A program made the translations under genes and the position numbers. A stretch of DNA of 64,000 nucleotides from Podarcis filfolensis. Its lineage: Eukaryota. The DNA lies in the NCBI GenBank assembly GCA_964270895.1, contig OZ185441.1, one strand, 5' to 3'. The notes beneath the pieces were generated by a model. That model did not search any database and was not told the origin of the DNA. It was given only the letters and a program-made list of their open reading frames with translations. This document shows, in pieces, positions 50,225 to 61,869 of the stretch; position 1 is the first letter of the stretch, and every line of letters starts with the position of its first letter.

Positions 50225-51289
50225 GTGAGTTATATTGCATGTTCCTTATAGGGAATTTGGTGTTATCACTTGTTTGAGAGTTTAATTGTAAACAGTGGAT
50301 GTTATCAAACTGGCATCCCTGAGAATTCAGACCATGTCATCAGGGAAGTAGGTAGGGAGTAGTATTGAGCTGCTACTGCTGTAGAGCAAGCTAATTGGAC
50401 CTTCCAGCAGCTATTGAGGGGCAGAATAGCAGGATGGCGGAGGCTCTGTCAGAATTGTCCAGGTACAAATCTGCATGGTAACTCGGTGTTGTGCTAAGAT
50501 CACAGAGTGGTGCAGCATGGCTGAGTGGAAAGAATGATATTTTCTTCTTCTTCTTATCTTTGCAGTACAAATGCAATTGAATATGTAGCTATTTTCACAT
50601 TCTGTCCTTTAAGAAATTTACAAGAAGAAATACCAAAAAGTCTTTCATAGAATATTCTTTAAATAAGTTGGTAAATTTTTTAGTAATTGGTAAAATTTTT
50701 CAACTGAATTTTAGGAAGTGTTTGTGGAGCTTTTTATGGGTTGGATTATTTAATGAGAGTAAAGGATTAATTAATCACTAAACGTTTTAGAATAACTTGA
50801 TTTGGTTCTCATATATACAAATAATCTTACATAGCATTTGGATATTGTGTTCCTGTCACAGATAGAGCTTGGGATTTGGGTCTGATGAGAATAGCACAAC
50901 ATATTAAGTGGTGGAGCTTTGATGGAAGCTTATCAGTTGTACAAGCATTTCTTAGGTCCTGTGACTGCATGCTGTTTGTAGAATGAAAAATGCTCATGTA
51001 CAACCTGTGTAGAAGAGTGACATCAAAAGGGAGTTTCTCTTGGCATGATTTCTAGAGATGTTGTATACCACTCTTTGTGGGGGGTAGTGGTGGGGGGACT
51101 ATAGAATTATTTTAAATAAAAAATTAAATAATATGCACATATCCCCCCGCTTCCAAGATATGTATATACTGGAAATGGTCCCTGAATTGACAAATACCCT
51201 AAACCAAACATGACCATATCATGAACCCGAAACTATCCCCTGCCCCCCCCCCCGGCTCCTGCCCTGGCCAGGTCCTTTATTCTCTTATA

Positions 51290-51531
51290 CAGTGGTACCT
51301 TGGGTTACATACGCTTCAGGTTACATACGCTTCAGGTTACACACTCCGCTAACCCAGAAATAGTGCTTCAGGTTAAGAACTTTGCTTCAGGATAAGAACA
51401 GAAATTGGGCTCCGGCGGCTCGGCAGCATCGGGAGGCCCCATTAGCTAAAGTGGTGATTCAGGTTAAGAACAGTTTCAGGTTAAGAACGGACCTCCAGAA
51501 CGAATTAAGTACTTGACCTGAGGTACCACTG
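51290..51531. mobile_element. Tc1/mariner-pogo (Tigger-like) MITE
   Basis: TA|CAGTGGTACC...GGTACCACTG|TA. Confidence 0.85.
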
Positions 51532-52129
51532 TACATTACTGATGTCCAGTGTGGATGCAATCGCAAAGTACTGGCATTCATTTCCTTGGCATTTGCATTA
51601 GAGATTATGACAAATTGTAACAGTTGTAGTGAACACTTTGTATGTAAGGATGTGTGGATGTGGAGCATGTGGTTAGTATTTCTACTTATACCATCTCTAG
51701 TCATGCTTCCATACTGCAGAAATATAGGGGACAAATGACTATTGAGTCACAGCTACCAATGGTAGATGCCCTTTTAACTCTTTGGCATGGAATGTTTTCT
51801 TATGGAGAGTCAATCTGGCCAGGACATACACCTGCACATCCTGTAATTGCTGTACTTTAAAGCTGGGTCATGTTCACCACCAGTGTATATTCCATTAGGA
51901 AAGATGAAGACTAATGTTAAAAGAACATTTGTTGGCATTATCTAGTGGATAATTCAGTGTCTTGTCCCTCCTGCTAATGGCCAAATTCAGTTTTAGCAGT
52001 TTAATCTTGTAGAACAAGAAGCACAACATCAAGCTCTCCAACGAAGATGGCCGAAAACCACCTACCTTTGCTGTTTAACAAGCGCTCACATGCTAGTTTT
52101 TAATAAAGCTCTCTTCTGAGTTTGACATC

Positions 52130-52400
52130 CATAGAATCATAGAATCATAGAGTTGGAAGAGACCACAAGGGCCATCGAGTCCAACCCCCTGCCAAGCAGG
52201 AAACACCATCAGAGCACTCCTGACGTATGGTTGTCAAGCCTCTGCTTAAAGACCTCCAAAGAAGGAGACTCCACCACACTCCTTGGCAGCAAATTCCACT
52301 GTCCAACAGCTCTTACTGTCAGGAAGTTCTTCCTAATGTTTAGGTGGAATCCTCTTTCTTGTAGTTTGGATCCATTGCTCCGTGTCCGCTTCTCTGGAGC
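52130..52400 (-). mobile_element. CR1 LINE 3' fragment
   Basis: CATAGAATCATAGAATCATAG is the reverse of the CR1 (ATTCTATG)n tail; possible CATCC TSD. Confidence 0.8.
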
Positions 52401-53467
52401 AGCATCCAGTTTTCACATGTGTGCTTCTAAGCTACCATTGAATGTTATCCATCCACAGTAGTGATGTTTGTGATAAGCTGGAGCTGTGGATGAGGCAGTG
52501 GTGTGGCTGGGTCTGTATGCTTCTGTCAGCAACCAATCTGGCATTCCTACTGGTGCACCTGCATGGCCCTAACCTTGCCGTGGCTGAAGCCCAGCCCTTT
52601 CCAGATAAGCAGTGGCAATAAATTACAGAGAATGTAGCCATTTTACTTATTTGCTCTGTGCAGTAATACCTAGTGTTAAGAATGTTCAAGGCGCTTCACA
52701 TATAGTGGTGTGTAACTCTTACAATAACCCAGAAAAGTAGATCAATGTTATGATATTGGGGTGGGGGGAGAGGCTGCATTCAATTTGTGGGGAATATTGA
52801 ATTGGTTATTTTTCCTGCGTTTAATGGCAGCATTTCTGTCCTGTTCTTTTCACTGTGGTACCTGCTGTGCTAAGGAACTGTGGTTTTTGACTGATATACC
52901 ACCAAGTTGTGCTGAATTTCATGCACACCAGCGTATTTGGTGTGACACAACAATGAATGTCATTGGCTAATGCCACAACTCTGTCAGCCTTTCTGCACAT
53001 GGATGCCTCTGTTTCCCCAGGAAAACAGCAGGAAAGAACTGTGTGTCAGCATATCAGTTTCCTCACTTTACAACTATAAATATTACACTGACACAAAGAA
53101 AATAGGAAGTACCAGAGGCTTACTATTCTTTTTTCTGCATCCAAAACGAATCTTTTGAATGTCCAGCAAACAACATTGCTGAGAAAGTTCAATATTTCAG
53201 AATTAAATTCATTCCAGAATTTCCAGTAATGGGGTAGGGAAGGAACCCTAAACACACTTGTCTTTCCTGCTCCTTTTCAGTTTGTTTACTACAACAGAAG
53301 TTGTCACTCTTCTTTATCCTTATTGGGTAAATTTGAAGGAAAATAATAAAGAATATAGAAAAATATACATAGTTATCCTAGCTATGTCTTCATTTATAAT
53401 ATTTATAATATTATAATAAACTAGTACAGTGAAATGGTGTTTATTTAATTTTCAAAAGTGAAGTTTT

Positions 53468-53501
53468 TGCAGTTTGGGCTTGATCCTCTGGGTGTCACTG
53501 T
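53468..53501 (+). promoter_or_regulatory. Pcdh CSE / CTCF site, CACT variant (exon 9)
   Basis: TGCAGTTT...TCCTCTGGGTGTCACTG; CACT at 53496, 199 nt before ATG. Confidence 0.8.
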
Positions 53502-53694
53502 TCACCAGAATGGAGCAGAAATGTGAAATCCTGCCCAATTGAAGTTGCCTTTCCGTTAAACACAAACACAAAATATCTGAAGGAACAAGCTGCTTGTCAG
53601 TGCAAAGAAGAAATGGAAGTGCATTTTCCTTAGAAAAAAATTGGATACAGCATCTTTTGAACGAAAATCTAAGGGTCTTTAACCTGCTGCCAGG

Positions 53695-56097
53695 ATGGAA
53701 GGAATTCAGAGGCTGTGGAATTGCAGAAAAGGAATCTTCCAGTGCCTTTTCATTATGTTTTCTTGGAAGGCAGTTTCTGGGCAGATCCACTATTCCATTC
53801 CAGAAGAGATGCACAAAGGCTCTTCTGTGGGGAATATTGCAAAGGACCTGGGAATGGATGGCAAGCAGCTCCCAAACCATGGACTGCGCATTGTTTACCC
53901 TGTAGGTATGATTCAGTACTTTTCTTTGAATGCCAACAATGGCCATTTGCAGATATCTGAGAGAATAGATAGAGAGGAAATTTGCAGAGAGGCAGAGAAA
54001 TGTATGTTGAAGTTTCAGGTTCTTGTTGAAAGCAAACTGAAGCTTTATGGAATTGAAGTGGAAATTACAGATATAAATGATAATGCTCCCCACTTCCCTC
54101 TATGGGAACAGGAGCTGGAAATCAGTGAGGCATCTACACCTGGATTCCAGGTTCCTCTTCCCAAAGCTCAAGATCCAGATTGGGGGATAAATTCAGTGCA
54201 GAGCTATCAACTCACAGGCAGTAGCAGTTTTGCTTTGCATGTGCAAACAAAAGAAAATGGTGCCAGACTTGTTGAACTTGTGTTGGAAAAGTCACTGGAC
54301 AGAGAGGAACAATCAGCTTACGATTTGCTTCTCACAGCTACTGATGGAGGTGATCCTATCAGGTCTGGCACATTACAAATCCACATTGTTGTTATTGATG
54401 CAAATGACAATGCACCAGTTTTCAGCCAACCTCTCTATGAAGTGAGTATCAATGAGAATATTCCCAAGTGGTCCATACTTTTGACAGTGAGAGCAACTGA
54501 TATGGATGAAGGAATCAATGGAGACATTAAATACTCTTTCCAACAAATTACAAAGCGCGACTCCCAAATGTTTCTGTTAAATTCCACAACAGGTGAAATC
54601 ATCCTTATTGGGAATCTTGATTATGAGGAATCATCTTTATATGCATTTGAGATACAAGCCAAAGATGGAGGAAGGCTGAGTGACAGATCAAAAGTTGTGA
54701 TATCTGTTACAGATCTGAATGACAATGCACCTGAATTATCAGTTAACTTTGCCACCAACACCATACTTGAAAGTTCACCATCCCAAACGGTAATTGCCAT
54801 TTTAAATGTCCAAGACCGAGATTCAGGAATCAATGGGGAAATCACATGTTCAATCCCTAGCAACCTCCCTTTCCAGCTAAAGAAGTCCATGGATAACTTT
54901 TACAGTTTGGTGACTGATGGTGCCCTTGACAGGGAACAGGTGTCAGTCTTCAATATTACTGTCACTGTTACTGACCATGGAGTCCCCCCTCTTTCTGCAG
55001 TCACAGTTATCACACTTCATGTTTTAGACACAAATGACAACCCACCCCTCTTTGAAAAAACAGACTATACTTTCTATTTTGTTGAGAATAACCAAAGAGG
55101 AGCCATGGTCTCTTCCTTAAGAGCAAATGATCTTGACTGGGAAGAAAATGCCAGAATAACATATTCCATCACTGATGACCAAAGAAGTGACTCCCGCCTC
55201 TCCTCCTACCTCTCCATTAACTCTGAGACGGGGGTTATATATGCTCTGACCTCCTTTGATTATGAAGAGTTTCGAGACATTCGGTTCCGTGTAAAGGCCC
55301 AGGATGGAGGTTCTCCACCACTCAGCTCCAACGTCTCAGTGACTCTCTTCATCCTGGACCAGAATGACAATGCTCCCCAAATCCTGTACCCCTCCCCTCC
55401 CACTGATGGCTCCACTGGGATAGAGCTGGCCCCTCGCTCTTCTGAGCCAGGCTACCTGGTCACTAAGGTGGTGGCCGTGGATGCGGACTCTGGCCAGAAT
55501 GCCTGGCTCTCCTACCAGCTGATCAAGGCCACCGAGCCAGGGCTCTTCACTCTGGGGCTCCACACGGGAGAGATCAGGACAGCCCGCTTCTTTCTGGAGA
55601 AAGATGCCTTCAAGCAAAGCCTGGTAGTTTTAGTGAAGGACAATGGGCAGCCACCTCTCTCTGCTTCAGCCACTCTGACTGTGGTCCTGGCTGACGCCAT
55701 CCCTGCAATTCTCTCAGACCTGAGCAGCATCTCAGCTCCTGTAGAGCCTCCGTCAGACCTCACTTTCTACCTGGTCCTTGCAGTGGCTTTTGTCTCCTGC
55801 TTGTTCCTCATCTTCCTCCTTGTGTTACTGGCCATCAAGTTGCACAGATGGAGAAATTCTCAGCTGCTTGAGTCGGGGACTGTGAATTTCAGTGGTGCTC
55901 CTATCTCACAGTTTGTGGGGATTGACGGAGTCCGAGCATTTCTGCACTCCTACTGCCAGGAGGTTTCTCTCACTACAGACTCTAGAAAGGCAAATTATTC
56001 CAATACTCTGAGCAATAAAGAAGCTTGTGAGGCAAAGGATCCAATCCTACCTGGTGAAGATTTAAACTTGAACAATGAAGGCTTAATCGTAGTCCAG
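53695..56097 (+). CDS. PCDHGA: Protocadherin gamma A-like variable exon 9, chimeric (801 codons; unspliced stop 56115)
   Basis: 806-aa ORF; EC1-5 near-identical to exon 5, EC6/tail near-identical to exon 6; CAG|GTGAGC donor at 56097/56098. Confidence 0.95.
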
Positions 56098-57948
56098 GTG
56101 AGCAAACAATTTTAGATTAACATGCTTTTTTGTTGTTTTATTAATATCAGAATATATTTCCCATTTGCCTCTGCTTTCTCATTATATTCAGAACTATGTC
56201 AGTCTTCTTTCTATTACCTTCAGCTCCCCCTTCTTTTAGTTATTACTTTATATGCGATCCTTCTGTGAAGTATCTTCTTTCAACAAATCTTCATCTTGAT
56301 GCATCAGATGATCTGTCTTTGTCTCTTACTTTCGACTGCTGGTGGAGGCTCACAAAACCTTGTGCACATCTATAAAAAAACATAGTTCACTACATTATTG
56401 AAACTATCATGTATAGGAGAAGGCTAGGCTCATCCTATTTTCATGTGCAGTAGGTGAGTTCCTGTGAGATTGATTCTAAATTGTTTTAGCTTTGTATGTT
56501 GTATTTGGCTTTTATTTCATATTTTTATTACACTTCCAAATAGTGGGTGGTTTAAAAAATCTGTATCAATAAATAAGTATATAAATGCGAGCCCTCACCT
56601 GCCTTGGTACTGATAAGTTTTAGTCATGAAATGAAAACTAGGGCCTAGTATCCTATGACAAGTTCTCATTCCCATCTTTCAACCAATACTGTAACTTCTT
56701 TCCACTACATACCCAACTGTACACCAATAAGCTGATACTGAGATTCTCATTGCCACAAGACTTATTTTTTTAAGAAAAGTAATAATGAATTTACTTAACT
56801 CATTTATTGGGTGAGATATTTTGGCTGTTTGTATATTTTAGTTCGATAAAATGAGGAGAGGGGAGGGGACTCTGGAAATATATTTACAAGCAATTGTATT
56901 GTAAGATTGGTTACATAATGCTCCTTTGTAACTTGCAACCTTCACCCGCTATTGAACTACAGCAGCAACAAACAAATGGTTTGGGGGGGGGTTGTATTTT
57001 CTACTCTATTGAGATTTCTTGTGTAAGGTAGAGGTAGAATTTTGAACCCCAGATAAGGTGTCATGTGTTGCCTTCTCTCTGTAAAATGAATGAAAACAGC
57101 TTCAGCCGACGGTGTGTTCTTCTAGGTAGTTCCACACTCCTACAATGGGTACATCAATGGAAAAGTTTATTTACTCCTTTGTAATGTAACTGTAAGCTGG
57201 TTTGATTCCAGAGCTTTTTGGTGAAATTTTGCTTGCATTTTTCTATTTTAAAAAATGCTATCATTGCTGGAGTTGTAAACACCCTACAATGGCAAAAATT
57301 GATGCACTTTATGAGGGTTTTTTTTTTGTTCCTGTAAGGAAACAATGAATGGTAACGTGCTGAAATCTGGGTGAGTTGTTTGGGTGACCATATCTGGCAA
57401 TGTCTTTGAAAGACTATCCTGAAGTTCTACTAATGTGTGAATTGGACAATGCAAAGTATGCTGGGAGGATGCTTGGATTCCCACAAAATTGTTTGATGTT
57501 TAAGAGAAAGTGGGAATTATTTAGGGATTACAGTATTTGAACACTAGACAAAAATAGTGCTAAAAAAAGTTGCTTTTCCTTATTGTAAATACAAGTGGCA
57601 TATTCTCTTGATCACATTAATAAAATGCACACATCACTATGTGGGTCAACCTAAAATTATCACAAGCTGAACCTCTGACAGGAATACGTATTAAAAATTC
57701 ACTTGTGATAATTTCCTAATATTATTTAGATTTTTTTAATGCACATTAAACATGGAAGAAAGAAATTTGGAACTCTGGTCTCATTGACCTGCATTCTGAA
57801 AAGAGTTCTTAATGGAGTGAACAACTATAAGGTCTGATCAACAATCCATTGAGGGGGGTACAACTTGAAAACAATGGTAAAGGGATAAATTAAAAGCAGT
57901 TCTCTACATTAGAAATTATATACTATGTACCATTATTGAAATGGCAAA

Positions 57949-57982
57949 TACAGTTCCCCATGTGGACTCAGAGTGTCACTGT
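57949..57982 (+). promoter_or_regulatory. Pcdh CSE / CTCF site, CACT variant (exon 10)
   Basis: CAGTTCC...GACTCAGAGTGTCACTG; CACT at 57977, 244 nt before ATG. Confidence 0.8.
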
Positions 57983-58220
57983 TGGACAACGTGGGAGCAG
58001 CCATGGCTCAGCATTTCTGAGACTCTTGGAGCAGTCTCTCTCTCTCTTAAGACATCAGCGGAGCAGAAAGGAAAAGCTTTTCTTTTAAAAGCTGCTCAAG
58101 AAAGGAAAGCTCTCAGTTTCCCAAAGATCAGATCAAAAGAACAGTATTGGTGCTATCTCACTTAAGTATACTGGGAGTCTTGCAAACTATACTGAAAGAA
58201 GGAAGAAATCAGGAAATGCA

Positions 58221-60650
58221 ATGGATGTGATGGAAGTAAAGCAGGCAGAGAGAACAAGGGAGATCACCAAGAGGCAAGTACTGTTTTTGTTCATATTCTG
58301 GTCTGTGTTCTGCTGCCAGGTAGTGTCTGAGAAGGTTCAGTATTCGGTTCCGGAGGAAGCAGAGCAGGGCTCCTTTGTGGGGAACCTTGTTAAAGATCTG
58401 GGGTTGGATGTCAGAGAGCTGTCAAAGCGCAAGCTTGGTATTTCTTCAGAAAAGCAATTCTTTGATTTGAATGAACAAAGTGGCAACCTGTATGTGAATG
58501 AGAGGATAGACCGGGAAGACATCTGTGGTAAATCATCTACTTGTGTCCTCAAATTAGAAGTTGTGGCACACAATCCTTTGAATATTTTCCATGTAAATAT
58601 TTTTATCCAGGACATCAATGATAATGCCCCACATTTCCAGAATGAAAATATTGAGCTTAAATTTAGTGAATCTACTCTGCCAGGAACTCGATTTGCTCTT
58701 GGAAATGCTGAAGATGATGATATCGGAATGAACTCCCTCCAGAATTATCAGTTGAGCTCAACTCCATATTTCAAACTAGAAATTCAAGCTGGCGATGATG
58801 GTTCCAAATATGCAGAATTAATATTACAGAAACAACTGGACAGGGAAAAGGAACAGATGCACCACATGGTCCTAACAGCCATGGATGGTGGAGAACCTCC
58901 AAAAACCGGAACAGCCAAAATATTGGTAACAGTTATTGATATTAATGACAATGCCCCTGTTTTCACCCAGACAAACTATAAAGTGAGCCTGAAGGAGAGT
59001 GCACCCAAAGGAACTTCTGTGCTTCAAGTCAAAGCATCTGACAGTGATGAAGGGTCAAATGCTGAGATCACTTACACTTTCAGTGATATCCCAAAAACAG
59101 CCAAGCAGAGGTTTCATCTGGATCCCAGAGATGGAACAATTACACTCATAGAAAGTGTTGATTTTGAAGAAAGTCAATATCATGTGATGATAATTCAGGC
59201 AAGTGATGGAGGAGGATTGGCGGCACATTGCAAAGTGGAGATTGAGGTTCTTGATGAGAATGACAATGCTCCAGATGTGATCCTTACATCCGTGTCCAGC
59301 CCAGTTCCAGAAGATGTCACATCTGGAGCTGTGATTGCTCTCATTAAAGTTCAGGACAGGGATTCTGGGGATAATGGAGAAGTCACCTGTCACGTGAAGG
59401 AACTTGTACCTTTCCTGATAGTTTCATCTTCAGATAATTATTTCAAGCTCCTCATAGATGGTGCCCTTGACAGAGAAAGGACTCCAGAGTATCATATTAC
59501 AATCACAGCCACAGACAAAGGCACACCTCCACTCTCCACACACAAAACCATATCAATACAGATCTCAGATATCAATGATAACCCACCAGCCTTTGAAAAA
59601 TCCTCCTACACTGCCTACATTCCAGAGAACAACCCATCTGGAGCTTCAATTTTCCACATCAAGGCCTCTGACCCAGATCTGGATCGCAATGCCAGAATCA
59701 CTTACTCCATCCTTCACAGCAACATCAAGGATCTGCCTCTCTCTTCCTATGTCTCCATTAACTCTGAGACCGGGATAATCTATGCCCAACGCTCCTTTGA
59801 CTATGAGCAATTCAGGGAGTTTCAGATTCAAGTGAAGGCCCAAGATGGAGGTTCTCCACCACTCAATAGCAGTGCCACAGTGACAGTATGTGTTTTGGAT
59901 CGAAATGATAATGCTCCACAGATCCTGTACCCCTCACAATCAACAGAGGGCTCACCTTTCTTTGAGATGGTGCCTCGGTCAGCTGAGTCGGGTTATCTGG
60001 TGACGAAGGTGGTGGCCGTGGACTCTGATTCGGGACACAATGCCTGGCTCTCCTTCCATCTCCTGCAGGCCACAGAGCCCTCACTCTTCAGCATTGGCTC
60101 CCACACAGGAGAGGTGCAAACAGTCCGAGCATTACTTGAGAGAGATGCAGTGAAGCAGAGGCTGGTCATCCTGGTGAAGGACAATGGGCATCCTCCTCTC
60201 TCAGCCACCACAACTTTGAGCCTGGTGTTTGCTGAGAACTTCCAGGAGGCTCTTCCAGAAATGAACTCCCAACCAAATGACTCAGAATATCAGTCTGATC
60301 TACAGTTTTATTTGGTATTGGCCTTGACCTTGGTGTCCTTTCTGTTCCTGGTGACGGTGATTCTGACCATTCTGATGAAGCTTCGAAGGTCAAGGAACCC
60401 CACTTTCCTTCAGTGCTTTATTCCTGACCCCCACTCAAAGGCTGGTGCCATATTCCCACCCAATTATGAGGACGGAACTTTGCCTTATTCCTATCAGGTC
60501 TGTCTGTCCTCTGAATCCAGGAGGAATGAGCTGACATTCCTGCAGCCCACTGTCCAAATAGCAGAGAACATCCTTTGCAATGGCAACTCTGACATTTCTT
60601 TGATGGTCAGTGGAGGCAATTTAATTTCTGAAAAGGAAAATGACAGCACG
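58221..60650 (+). CDS. PCDHGB: Protocadherin gamma B-like variable exon 10 (810 codons; unspliced stop 60677)
   Basis: 818-aa ORF, gB tail; ACG|GTGAGT donor at 60650/60651. Confidence 0.93.
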
Positions 60651-60699
60651 GTGAGTTATATTTCATGTTCCTTATAGGGAATTTGGTGTTATCACTTGT

Positions 60700-61850
60700 T
60701 TGAGAGTTTAATTGTAAACAGTGTATGTTATCAAACTGGCACCCCAGACAATTCATGCCATGTCACCAGGGAAGTAGGTAGGGGGTAGTACTGAGCTGCT
60801 ACTGCTGCAGATCAAGCTAATGGAAGGGCAAAATTGCAAGCTGGGGGGAGCCTCAGTTAGAATTATGCAGATGCACATTTGCATGCTGACTTAGGGTGAG
60901 AATCTCGGACCACAGGATGGGATAGCATGTTTGAGTGGAGACAGTGCTTATCCTTCCTTCCTTCCTTCCTTCCTTCCTTCCTTCCTTCCTTCCTTCCTTG
61001 TATGACTAAAATTGAATATGTAGCTATTTTAATGTTCTGTCTTAAAAAAGCCCAGAAAAACAGACATCAAAAAATATTACATTGTATATTCTTCAAGAAG
61101 TTTGAAAATTTTCTATTTATTGGCCAACTTCTCCTTATTATTAAACTAAATATTAGGGAGTTTGTGGGGAGTTTTTTATGTGTTGTGGGGAAGGAAATAG
61201 CGGGTTGAACATCTTTTGTTGACAGTCTGCCAGCAGGGATAATTACATGGTGATTGATGATAGCCAGACATAAGTCTTGGTTCCCATATTCATTTTGGAA
61301 AAAAGAGTGAACAAGAGATTAATCCCTGGTGCTTTGAAAAAGCTGTTTTCTACTGTCAAGAGACCAAGAAGCAGTCAGCTCCTAGGAACTCGGATGGGGG
61401 TTAAGCGACTTGAGAGCTGAGGAATTTACATCTTGCCCCAAAGCCATGAAAGAGCCGTGATGGGTATGGGATCTGCAAAAGCCTCCCTTTCTTAATTATT
61501 TTTGGGACAGTTATAATTTATAACTGAGGGAGATTTGTCCATCAGCTGGTGATAATTTACATTCAGTGTGTGAGCTGCTTTTTGGCTTCAAGAAGAAGGG
61601 AAGGGAAATTGAACATTAAAGGGTTGAAGGCAGAACAAAATGCCTATTTTGTGGTTTGAGACAAGAAAGTTTTAAACGAACAATGGAGATCTGTGTTTTT
61701 GTATTTTTCAGATTGAGAGTATATAAATGTTCTACATTGTTAAACTGTTATATTATTAAAAATGAATAAAATAATATTTAAAAATGACAACCATAATTTA
61801 AAGCACACAGAAAGTTTAAATCACAACAGAATAGATTAAAACAAATTAAA
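60700..61850 (+). repeat. Paralogue of the gB7 downstream intron (44990-46030)
   Basis: Long shared blocks, e.g. GAGACCAAGAAGCAGTCAGCTCCTAGGAACTCGGATGGGGG. Confidence 0.85.
60951..60999. repeat. (TCCT)12 microsatellite
   Basis: Perfect tetranucleotide array. Confidence 0.95.
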
Positions 61851-61869
61851 ACTCATACACAGTTGGGTC

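Larger units (their letters stand above)
50252..53694 (+). repeat. Recent segmental duplicate of the gB4-gA5 spacer (26193-28969)
   Basis: Near-identical text along the whole spacer apart from two deletions in the first copy. Confidence 0.9.
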
